Shown piece after piece: positions 56,274-64,000 of a stretch of 64,000 bases of DNA. A program made the translations under genes and the position numbers. Location: the IMG/VR virus record IMGVR_UViG_3300030380_003294. The stretch is one strand, 5' to 3'. The notes beneath the pieces are model-generated. The model had not been told where the DNA came from. It ran no database searches and saw only the letters and a list, made by a program, of their open reading frames with translations. Position 1 is the first letter of the stretch. Each line of letters opens with the position of its first letter. The DNA comes from a virus.

Positions 56274-56976
56274 TGGTTGTGCATCTTCCATATTCAAGAC
56301 ATTGTGCATTTGACATTGCACTATTGAAGTAATCTTCAAGTACAACGTTCAGTTCACGAACACTAGAACACCCATTAATAATCTGGATCATCTTTTGTTC
56401 TGCGACTGCTAAGTCATAGAGTCCTGTTTTAAACTCTGATTGCTTGTCAACTATTTTAGTCGCAAACTGTAGAGTTGTCAAGTCTCTGACCTCTGCTAAC
56501 TTATGTATAAGTTTTGTCTCGAACTCATTATCAGCAAGGTATGCGGTTGCTTCACAAATCTGATCTGACCATGTTGCTTCTTCAAGTGTAGAGAATTTAG
56601 TTTTAAGAACATTATGTCTATGCTCAAACTCTTCTTGCACTGCCAGTACCATGACATCCTTCATGAAAGGAATGACATAGTTTGAGTACATTGTATCATC
56701 TATAGTCTCTTTTTCTTTATTTGTAGTTCCCTCTTCGTTTTGTCCGTAAGTAGATCTTTGATGCCTAATCTCTCCCCAGTACTTGTCTCCAAAGATACCA
56801 TCTTTACTGGTATATCTGAGATATGTAATGTGCTGAGGGATATACTTAAAGTATTCATCTGCAAGATGATATGATTCCAGTCCTAGGTAAGTACCAATAC
56901 GGACTCCCCACTCTCCCACCTTAGGATATTTCTCGACATCTAAAACGATGACGTCATTTGAAGTTGTGCTTGTCAT
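56209..56976 (-). CDS. Hypothetical protein with a tail-fibre-chaperone-like C-terminal region
   Basis: E..TWSDQ..EA..Y....LA.VR....FA.KI pattern; TAATG coupling to the fibre gene. Confidence 0.65.
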   Translation of the reverse strand: MTSTTSNDVIVLDVEKYPKVGEWGVRIGTYLGLESYHLADEYFKYIPQHITYLRYTSKDGIFGDKYWGEIRHQRSTYGQNEEGTTNKEKETIDDTMYSNYVIPFMKDVMVLAVQEEFEHRHNVLKTKFSTLEEATWSDQICEATAYLADNEFETKLIHKLAEVRDLTTLQFATKIVDKQSEFKTGLYDLAVAEQKMIQIINGCSSVRELNVVLEDYFNSAMSNAQCLEYGRCTTNEETGNIERKQPFDYSKGIQF

Positions 56977-58358
56977 TAGTAGTTAGGAATGTTTGTACCG
57001 TAATCGTAGTTGCCCTGTCCTGATACAGAACTAGAGGACGAACAGTGTGCTGATGACATGCCACCATGTCCTGATGGTGGTGAACTACCACCTAAGTTGT
57101 TGTAACTATCACTATTATAGTTCACTTTGAATGTGTTATTGTTCTGAGAACCATTATAGTTACCTAAACAATATCCTTTTCTCATACCCATTTCAAAGTT
57201 TTCTTCACCCATGTTACCGAAGTTAAGACCTCTAACTTGAATACCAGTAATGTCGTTACACTTCTGGTTACCATTCTGGTTGTTATTACCTGTACCAACG
57301 TACATATGTCCTAACATACTAGGAAGAATCTTCTTCCAACCATCACCACCTGGTCCATGTTCCCATGACACCCAAGATTCAGTCTTGAAGAACTGACCTC
57401 TTCTAGTTCCAGATCTCTTGACCCAACCATAAAGTCTTCCATGTCCACCCCATGTAGGGTCATCGCCACCATCATCATAGTTTGGTGGGAAACCTGAGGT
57501 TCTCATAGTTTCAGTCTTAAGATTCATAGCGTCAACTCTTGAGTTACCACCACCATATAGGTAAGACATACCTCCTGCGTGTTCATGATCTTGGTGAGAT
57601 CCCATTGAACCTCTGTTCACCGTCATGTTCCACTGCGACTGGTGTGTTAAACCAGATTCAGTTGACATTGACATCGCATTGGTATAGTTTGAAGAACCTC
57701 TATAAGTGTTCTCCATAGAGTGAAAGAAGTGCTTAGTATCAGTCCATGATCCTGCCATGTAAGCACCTGATCTATCTAAGATATCTCCTAAGTTCGATGA
57801 TGTATCTGTAGAGTGTACCGTTCTGTTTACGTTTCTCCAAGGCGAACCAGACTGGTAACCTCCTCCAACATATCCGTGTGTCCAAATTCTTGCTGTTGAC
57901 CATCCATTATCGTTTTCTCCATCGAATGACCAATATGCGTTAGTTCCGTCTGATCTTAATAATGCTCCGTTCGTGTAATTTAAACTATATCTATCGTTAG
58001 ACTGGTCTGGTAATGAACTTCCTGCTCCTGCAATCGGACCCCATTGTACCTGTCCTGCGTCTTGATCGTATGAGTAACCTTCAAAGGTTCTATCTGTACT
58101 GTTATATCTGAATAATCCTTCTACTGCTGCCCCTGGTCTTTGTGCGGTAGTACCTACAGGTACTTTCATACCGTCTGTACCTGCAATATCTAACGTATAA
58201 CTAGGTGATGCATCATTAACACCGAGTCTATTATTAGTAGAGTCAACATACAGAGTGCCAGAGTCAAAGTTAAAGTTTCCACCCGCCTCCAGTTGGAATT
58301 CAGCAGTTCCACCACCACCTGTTAGTGATACAATTTTATCAACGTTTAACTGAGACAT
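56976..58358 (-). CDS. Short tail fibre-like protein with a C-terminal kelch-like beta-propeller
   Basis: N-terminal adaptor with PVGTTAQRP..G.FRYN; repeated GY/YxxGG units (HGYVGGGY, SYLYGGG, MYVGTG, KGYCLGNY). Confidence 0.7.
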   Translation of the reverse strand: MSQLNVDKIVSLTGGGGTAEFQLEAGGNFNFDSGTLYVDSTNNRLGVNDASPSYTLDIAGTDGMKVPVGTTAQRPGAAVEGLFRYNSTDRTFEGYSYDQDAGQVQWGPIAGAGSSLPDQSNDRYSLNYTNGALLRSDGTNAYWSFDGENDNGWSTARIWTHGYVGGGYQSGSPWRNVNRTVHSTDTSSNLGDILDRSGAYMAGSWTDTKHFFHSMENTYRGSSNYTNAMSMSTESGLTHQSQWNMTVNRGSMGSHQDHEHAGGMSYLYGGGNSRVDAMNLKTETMRTSGFPPNYDDGGDDPTWGGHGRLYGWVKRSGTRRGQFFKTESWVSWEHGPGGDGWKKILPSMLGHMYVGTGNNNQNGNQKCNDITGIQVRGLNFGNMGEENFEMGMRKGYCLGNYNGSQNNNTFKVNYNSDSYNNLGGSSPPSGHGGMSSAHCSSSSSVSGQGNYDYGTNIPNY

Positions 58359-58381
58359 GTGTAGTTTTTACTCCTTCGTAT

Positions 58382-58388
58382 TATTTAT
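58382..58388 (-). promoter_or_regulatory. T4-type late promoter (ATAAATA)
   Basis: tatttat upstream of the AAGGAG RBS of the 58358 gene. Confidence 0.65.
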
Positions 58389-59494
58389 GCAGGTCGAACA
58401 AGCACACAACCTCTTTTAAGGTATGTATCCTCGTTTCCACTGTCTTGGTCTGAGTGAATAACAACATGCATATCATCTGTGTATGATGTGCCGAGATCAA
58501 CGGTGAACCATGCATCACCATTAAACACGTTTGGTCCAGTACCACCAGAATTATCTCCTGGCTGAACTGTAAAGTTTCTCACAAATTCTGAGGTGTAACT
58601 AGATCCAGATCTAGAGAAGCATGTGTATCTATTACCCATGAAACCACCTGGGTTGTTACCACCTGCAACGTGAGTTGGTTGCATTCCTGCTACTGATGGG
58701 CATGAGTTACCATCATTATTAGAAATAGCAGTATAGTAAGTAAAGATGTGTTGTCCATCCCCTGCACCTGAGTTGTCACGCATGATCGTTAGACCATCAC
58801 CAACACCAGATGAAATATTTAGGAAGTTACGACCATTGACACCATCATTAGAATAATAGTTATAGAGATTAAATCTCATCTTTACATAACGATATGATAC
58901 ACCTCTATTACTAAAGGTTGCATATCGATAATCAGATCCACCTACGTTTCTGTAGTAACCGTATGTGCTATTGTTTGTAAAGTTACCTGCAGGAGTTGTA
59001 TCTCCTGTGTCATTCAAGTTATTACCTGATAATGATGATGCGTTACTGAAGAATGCAGCACCACCGCCACCCCAGTTACCAATCAAAAGATAATATGGAT
59101 GACTGTTTACAGGCACAAAGTATCTACGAACTGTACCATCTAGGTTTAGATAGTAGTTACCGTCAGCAGCAACACCTGCATCCATAAGTTCTTGAACACT
59201 AGATGCTGCTGTAGCAGCAGTTCCACCATTATTACCACCAGATGATGCCCTTACAATTTGTAACCATGAACTACCATTATAAACTTCTACTTGCAATTCT
59301 TCTGTATTAAACCTAATCATTCCTGTTGATGGGGATGATGGTCTTTGTGCTGTAGTTCCTGCAGGTAAACTAAATTGATTAAGTGCAGTCATATTACATG
59401 TACCCGCAACAAGCAACGACTCTCCATCATCGAAGTTGATCTCGAAGTTATTCATCGAGGATGCGTGTAGTTCGTTAACGTTTAGAGTACTCAT
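58385..59494 (-). CDS. Short tail fibre-like protein with a fibrinogen-related-like C-terminal domain
   Basis: PAGTTAQRP..GMIRFN..VEVYNG..W adaptor, then AASSVQEL..DGNYYL and a globular domain. Confidence 0.7.
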   Translation of the reverse strand: MSTLNVNELHASSMNNFEINFDDGESLLVAGTCNMTALNQFSLPAGTTAQRPSSPSTGMIRFNTEELQVEVYNGSSWLQIVRASSGGNNGGTAATAASSVQELMDAGVAADGNYYLNLDGTVRRYFVPVNSHPYYLLIGNWGGGGAAFFSNASSLSGNNLNDTGDTTPAGNFTNNSTYGYYRNVGGSDYRYATFSNRGVSYRYVKMRFNLYNYYSNDGVNGRNFLNISSGVGDGLTIMRDNSGAGDGQHIFTYYTAISNNDGNSCPSVAGMQPTHVAGGNNPGGFMGNRYTCFSRSGSSYTSEFVRNFTVQPGDNSGGTGPNVFNGDAWFTVDLGTSYTDDMHVVIHSDQDSGNEDTYLKRGCVLVRPA

Positions 59495-59497
59495 GTT

Positions 59498-60529
59498 TTA
59501 TGCGTAGAAGAATAACCAGTACATATGATTTTGGGATCCAGGGTTATTTATCCCCCAACTACCAGACCAGTTAGGTTCTGGGAAGTTTTGGTTTGAATAG
59601 TTGTTACCTGTCTGTCCTACCCATGCATGGTGTTCAACGTTACAACCGTTAGATGCACAACCTAAAGCATTAATCATACTGAAAGTATAGTTTTCGCAGT
59701 TTGCGGGTGAAACATGCCAAGTATTGTTTGGATTAAGTTCACCTGCACTACTACCTCTATATCTATTGTCTGATGCCTGTGCAGATCCTTTCAAGAACTG
59801 CATTCCTGAGAGTTGTGTACCACCAATGTTACTATGGTTGTTTAGAGAGATGTAACTATTGAACATATTATACATGTTTCCACCTCTGGAAGTGAAAACA
59901 CCATTGATATATGCAACTTCAGTAGATGTATCGTAAGGTGTACCTGCTGTAGCAAACCCTTGCATAATCAATACATCATTTGCTGACCATCCTCTATAAT
60001 GATTTGACTTGAAGTCAGTTCCCATTGCATTTCTTGCAGTACCAGTAGTTGATGTAGTTGTCCAGTTACCATACCAAGAGTCTGAACCACCTGTGTAACT
60101 ACCATGTGAAGTATTGTCTGTAATAGATGCAACCATGACCCAATACTTACCATTACCATCCTTATATGCATACACTTCTTCTGTATTAGTGCCATCAAAC
60201 TTGATATACCAATATCCAGATCCAGGGTCATTACTTGATAAGTTTGCCATTGATGTGAATGGTGCATTAGATGTACCATTCTCTCCTTGATATTGTACCC
60301 AAGTGCTACCACTCCATACTTCTACCGCCTGATCACTTGTATTCCACCGTATATACCCTGGGTTTGGACTACTTGGTCTTTGCCCAGTTGTACCTGTAGG
60401 TAGACGCAAAGCACCAGTTCCATCGTGATAAACATTACCGTTTATCTGCAATGTATGCCCTGCAGGAATTGATGTTTGATTTAGTGTTGCGGGTATGCCA
60501 CCGATGCTACCAACAGTTAGTCTGCTCAT
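59498..60529 (-). CDS. Short tail fibre-like protein with an intelectin-like lectin domain
   Basis: PTGTTGQRP..GYIRWN adaptor, then WVMVASITDN, GNW..T.GTA..DFKS..Y, GCNVEHH, NWSG and terminal LFFY. Confidence 0.7.
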   Translation of the reverse strand: MSRLTVGSIGGIPATLNQTSIPAGHTLQINGNVYHDGTGALRLPTGTTGQRPSSPNPGYIRWNTSDQAVEVWSGSTWVQYQGENGTSNAPFTSMANLSSNDPGSGYWYIKFDGTNTEEVYAYKDGNGKYWVMVASITDNTSHGSYTGGSDSWYGNWTTTSTTGTARNAMGTDFKSNHYRGWSANDVLIMQGFATAGTPYDTSTEVAYINGVFTSRGGNMYNMFNSYISLNNHSNIGGTQLSGMQFLKGSAQASDNRYRGSSAGELNPNNTWHVSPANCENYTFSMINALGCASNGCNVEHHAWVGQTGNNYSNQNFPEPNWSGSWGINNPGSQNHMYWLFFYA

Positions 60530-60548
60530 TCTATTAAGCGTTTACTTC

Positions 60549-60555
60549 TATTTAT
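60549..60555 (-). promoter_or_regulatory. T4-type late promoter (ATAAATA)
   Basis: tatttat overlapping the oxygenase stop codon. Confidence 0.6.
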
Positions 60556-61181
60556 TGACCTGGGGTTGGATACTCCTCCACCCATGCAGTAACAATGTAC
60601 TTATCTTTATTTAGGGGCGGATTACCTCGGTGTGTCCATGCCCAGTCACAAGGGAAGATAACAAACTTACCTGCCTTTGGTTTTACTCTGAAATGTTGAT
60701 ATAAAAATTCTGTTTCACCACCTTCAAATCCATCATTTAGATAGATCATGGTTGCTAACTTACGATATGGTGCAGAGGGTGTTGATTCATAGTGCCATGC
60801 ATGATAACCCTGCCCAGGTTCTGTCTTTTGGAGTTTCGCCATGGTATGTTGAAACCTACGTCCAACCAGAATATCATACTTCAATACATACTCTCTTAAT
60901 GCTTGTTCAGTAAGATAATTCCAACGTTGGAAGATTGATCTTGACAAATTATCATGAAAGTATTCTACTGGTAACTCATGCATAAAGATTTGAGAATCAG
61001 CAGCACCTTTCTCTGCGTGTCTCTTGATTGTCAAACCATTATCTGATATGAACTTATAGTAATCCAGTATTGGTTGACAATCTAGATTAGTTTCAAACTC
61101 ACTAATGAAATTATCGTTGTGTGTTACATTAGTGATTACTGGTTCGCCTCCATACTGAGAAGCGAAAGGACTCATTACCAT
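60552..61181 (-). CDS. 2OG-Fe(II) oxygenase (prolyl-4-hydroxylase-like)
   Basis: YHAWHYE, IYLNDGFEGGETEF, VIFP..W..THRGNPP and KYIVTAW. Confidence 0.85.
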   Translation of the reverse strand: MVMSPFASQYGGEPVITNVTHNDNFISEFETNLDCQPILDYYKFISDNGLTIKRHAEKGAADSQIFMHELPVEYFHDNLSRSIFQRWNYLTEQALREYVLKYDILVGRRFQHTMAKLQKTEPGQGYHAWHYESTPSAPYRKLATMIYLNDGFEGGETEFLYQHFRVKPKAGKFVIFPCDWAWTHRGNPPLNKDKYIVTAWVEEYPTPGQ

Positions 61182-61363
61182 TTATTAATCGGGCAGTGGA
61201 ATACAGGAAAGCGTGCTTTAACTGCAAGCACACAATTACATTTAGTACAGATCCCAATAGGGGATTTATACTGACAGTCATTGCATATTCTAATCCGATT
61301 TTGATATAATGTCAAGTCAGGTACATCACCATCCTCGACAATCAGTTTAGCTTGACCAGACAC
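61175..61363 (-). CDS. Small Cys-rich metal-binding protein
   Basis: R..IC..C.Y....C..C.C....K......CP..KW pattern. Confidence 0.65.
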   Translation of the reverse strand: MSGQAKLIVEDGDVPDLTLYQNRIRICNDCQYKSPIGICTKCNCVLAVKARFPVFHCPINKW

Positions 61364-61616
61364 CGTTATTGAATACTTCTAATTTATTGGATCCCGTATT
61401 GAATCTTAACTGCCCGTTTACATATCCTCTGTTGGGTGCTCTATCAATCACTATATCATCAAACTGTTGAGTTGTGCCATATGGTAATGGTAATGCACTT
61501 TGTGATCCTGTAATTCTTAATTCTGCTCCACCTTTAAATGCAAAATCACTGTCTTGATCTAAAGTAACAGTGAATCCAGGTGTTAGTCCTTGTAATTGTG
61601 CAACTCTTACCTTCAT
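61347..61616 (-). CDS. Adaptor-only fibre paralog (89 aa)
   Basis: Start refined to MKVRVAQL (ATGA); LPYGTTQQ...GQLRFN...LEVFNNGVW then stop. Confidence 0.7.
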   Translation of the reverse strand: MKVRVAQLQGLTPGFTVTLDQDSDFAFKGGAELRITGSQSALPLPYGTTQQFDDIVIDRAPNRGYVNGQLRFNTGSNKLEVFNNGVWSS

Positions 61617-62029
61617 CGTACACTCCAAGCACCACCAGACTCCACAGTGACTGTGAAACCAGAGTTAATTGTGATAGGTCCTGCACTCATTCCGTTAGCA
61701 AATTCTGCTCCTGCACTTGGTCCGACTGAAATATTTTCTGCAATAGTGTTTGCGTTAGTTCTAATGATACTATCCGTTCCTAAACTTGGTCCACCACCTG
61801 CAACTGGTGCCCATCCTGCACTACCTGTACCATCATCTGCTTTATAGATTTCTGCGGAGTCAAGATCACTATTGAATCTTAGTGTACCAACTGAAATACC
61901 AGTAGGTCTTTGTGCCTGAGTACCTGAGGGTAACCTAAACACTGAGTTAGTGTTCAAGAAACTTAAGGTTGTTATGATTGCTTGTGTACTAGTGGCAATC
62001 TGATTACCACTTACTCTTGAAATTGCCAT
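61613..62029 (-). CDS. Short fibre-associated protein (138 aa)
   Basis: LPSGTQAQRP..GTLRFN adaptor plus NGMSAGPITI..G.TVTV..G..W C-terminus. Confidence 0.75.
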   Translation of the reverse strand: MAISRVSGNQIATSTQAIITTLSFLNTNSVFRLPSGTQAQRPTGISVGTLRFNSDLDSAEIYKADDGTGSAGWAPVAGGGPSLGTDSIIRTNANTIAENISVGPSAGAEFANGMSAGPITINSGFTVTVESGGAWSVR

Positions 62030-62033
62030 GAGA

Positions 62034-64000
62034 TTAGATAGGTAGTTCTAAGATGTGAACAGTGTCTGATGCGAGTGGAGCATCACCAGATGAGAATACA
62101 ACGTTAGCACCGTTTGCATCAACTGTATAATTGGTTCCTGCAATCTGTGCTACACCATTAAGGAATACTAAGAGTGAATCATCAGAGTGTTTGATACCTC
62201 CACTATATGTAGTTACAGCAAACGTTAGAGTAGTACCGTCTCCTGTATATGTTTTAGTGATATACTTGTCAGCACCAACACCACCTCGTCCAGTAACAAC
62301 TAAGTCACCATCAACTTTTGCGTTACCGAGGATGCCCACTCGGAATCCAGATACCGCAGCAGTACCAATACCAATATGTTCAGTGTTATTAAAAGTATCA
62401 ATATTGATCTCACCAGTATTTGTGAGACCAAACTCTGACCACACTCCATTGTAATAAATCCAACCAAGAGATTTCCCAGGTGTCCAGTTAATATTATAAA
62501 CAAGGTCACCATCAGAAGGTGTATCGTAGTTGGTGATATTACTAAAATCTGGTTGTCCATTCGCTAATGAAGGTGCTAGTAAGGTTTGCTTAATAACTGT
62601 GCCATCTGCGTTGTAGTAAGAAATCTTTCTTGCTTGAATATTATTAGTAAAGGTTGATAGTCCTTGGAATGTAACAGGACCTGCGAAGATAGATTCTAAC
62701 TGGTTAGATGCACCACCAAGTACGGTGAGTTTGTCGGTAAGAACCAACTCAGAGAATGTCTGAATTGTAGTGTTCTCTTCACCAACAACGTTCAACTGAG
62801 CGATGTCTTCGTTTGTAATCTGACCTGTAACAGGGTTGATAACTTGGTTACCAATGAATAGGTCACCATTAGAGTTAAGACCTGAGTAGAATGAAACTCC
62901 TCCTTCTTCTTTAATAGACTGAGAGAATCGGATCTGCTCTTGAGTTAGAGTCTCTACCTGTGTTTGAGGGAACGCTGTACTATAGTTTCCAGGTCCGAAA
63001 CCAAGGTACTCAAAGGTGTGATTACCTGATCTGAGGATGGAGTGACGTCTGAATTCGACATTGATCGGAGCAACAGTTCCATCGTTGTTTTCTCTGATCT
63101 TGATTTTCCTGACCTCCTCATCGCCAGCTCGTGCAGTAAGTTGCACATTTGAGAGTTTTGCGTTATTGGAATCATAGTTAGGTGTAGTACCAGGTTGAGT
63201 CCAACCTGTATCAGTTAAGAGGAACTGAATTCCTTCCTTAGTAATTGATCTCTTAGGATCCTTTGCAGGAGTTGGGTTTGCACCATCAGTAGCATTAACA
63301 AGACCAATGGTAACATTATCAGCAACTGAGACTGCAGCGAGAGGGTCTGCAAGGGGGTTGTCTCTGTCAAACGTAGGATAGACCTCATTAACGTTTTGAG
63401 AGAACTTCCTGTCGTCAAAGTTGGAAGTTGTAGGTGAAATAGAACCGCATAACAATGTCATGTAATAGATACCGTCATTCACACCTCTTTCAAATGGTTG
63501 TACGATTTCAATATCGTAGATGTAGAAACATCTTTGAAGATTATAAGTCGTAGTATCACTATTCAATGGTTGCATAACGTAACCAGAGAGGGGATCTCTA
63601 GGTAGAGGATTAGACTTATCCTTATCAATGACGTATCTTACACGATAGGTTCTATCCTGCAAGTCACGAGGGTCAGGGATTCTCTTAAGGAATGTGCTTG
63701 GAGTAAAGTTTACGTTATTATATTGTGTGTTTGTAGATATTGTTTGATAGATGTCAGAGTTTGAACTTACAGATAGATACCAACCACCAACTTGTCCTGC
63801 TACTCCACCAATGGTGTAAGTTGCACTATCATATTGAATTGGAGATCCTGGGACACCTGCTGCCAGACCAGATACACTAGGTCCATAAGGTGAAATGCTT
63901 GCTGATTGAACAGTAGCAGTTGAAGCACCAGTTGCAACTAAGAGACAGTTGATCTTGTCGGCAACTGCACTAGCACCTGTGCCATCTTGACGTGCACCAA
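62034..64000 (-). CDS. Large tail fibre/structural protein, C-terminal part (5' end beyond the window)
   Basis: The frame stays open from 63662 to the window edge by hand translation. Contains RRHSILRSGNHTFEYLGFGPGNYSTAFP and C-terminal GDGTT..F..VFLNGVAQ motifs. Confidence 0.85.
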   Translation of the reverse strand, partial: GARQDGTGASAVADKINCLLVATGASTATVQSASISPYGPSVSGLAAGVPGSPIQYDSATYTIGGVAGQVGGWYLSVSSNSDIYQTISTNTQYNNVNFTPSTFLKRIPDPRDLQDRTYRVRYVIDKDKSNPLPRDPLSGYVMQPLNSDTTTYNLQRCFYIYDIEIVQPFERGVNDGIYYMTLLCGSISPTTSNFDDRKFSQNVNEVYPTFDRDNPLADPLAAVSVADNVTIGLVNATDGANPTPAKDPKRSITKEGIQFLLTDTGWTQPGTTPNYDSNNAKLSNVQLTARAGDEEVRKIKIRENNDGTVAPINVEFRRHSILRSGNHTFEYLGFGPGNYSTAFPQTQVETLTQEQIRFSQSIKEEGGVSFYSGLNSNGDLFIGNQVINPVTGQITNEDIAQLNVVGEENTTIQTFSELVLTDKLTVLGGASNQLESIFAGPVTFQGLSTFTNNIQARKISYYNADGTVIKQTLLAPSLANGQPDFSNITNYDTPSDGDLVYNINWTPGKSLGWIYYNGVWSEFGLTNTGEINIDTFNNTEHIGIGTAAVSGFRVGILGNAKVDGDLVVTGRGGVGADKYITKTYTGDGTTLTFAVTTYSGGIKHSDDSLLVFLNGVAQIAGTNYTVDANGANVVFSSGDAPLASDTVHILELPI

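Noticed and set aside
61175-61616. Programmed frameshift fusing the adaptor-only ORF to the Cys-rich ORF
   Set aside because: No clear slippery heptamer at the overlap; separate coupled genes are the simpler explanation.
51042-62029. Diversity-generating retroelement acting on fibre tips
   Set aside because: No reverse transcriptase and no near-identical TR/VR pair was seen in the window.
30-63418. Plus-strand ORFs and short alternative-frame minus ORFs in the ORF track
   Set aside because: They are shadows of long minus-strand genes and show no RBS or recognisable motifs.
62034-63662. 542-aa protein starting at 63662
   Set aside because: The frame is open to the window edge, so 63662 is not the real start.

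Overview
This window is a 64-kb segment of a large T4-like marine cyanomyovirus (Kyanoviridae-like). Essentially all real genes are on the minus strand. Three blocks are visible. (1) 1-38.5 kb is a late baseplate/virion module: a truncated VrlC/DUF4815-like structural protein, gp8, a YHYH-domain protein, a cupredoxin-tipped structural protein, a 6374-aa gp7-like wedge protein, gp6, gp25 and a PAAR-like spike tip. (2) 38.7-50.7 kb is an early/middle region of about 45 tiny ORFs plus an SF2 helicase; its 38.8-48.3 kb part is cut into cassettes by nine copies of a 22-bp palindrome + ~30 nt + -10 box promoter. Three copies contain an embedded terminator, and two appear to launch compact stem-closed RNAs. 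(3) 50.7-64 kb is a late accessory fibre island. Paralogous short fibres share an N-terminal adaptor but carry different tips, including an apparent full-length intelectin (X-lectin) domain. The island also holds a tightly coupled operon encoding a U32-type Fe-S enzyme fused to a SAM methyltransferase, a ferredoxin, a 2OG-Fe(II) oxygenase and a DUF401/IT-like permease, which is the best candidate for an undescribed system. No tRNA, rRNA, CRISPR array, integrase or reverse transcriptase was seen. All family assignments come from motif recognition by eye, not database searches.
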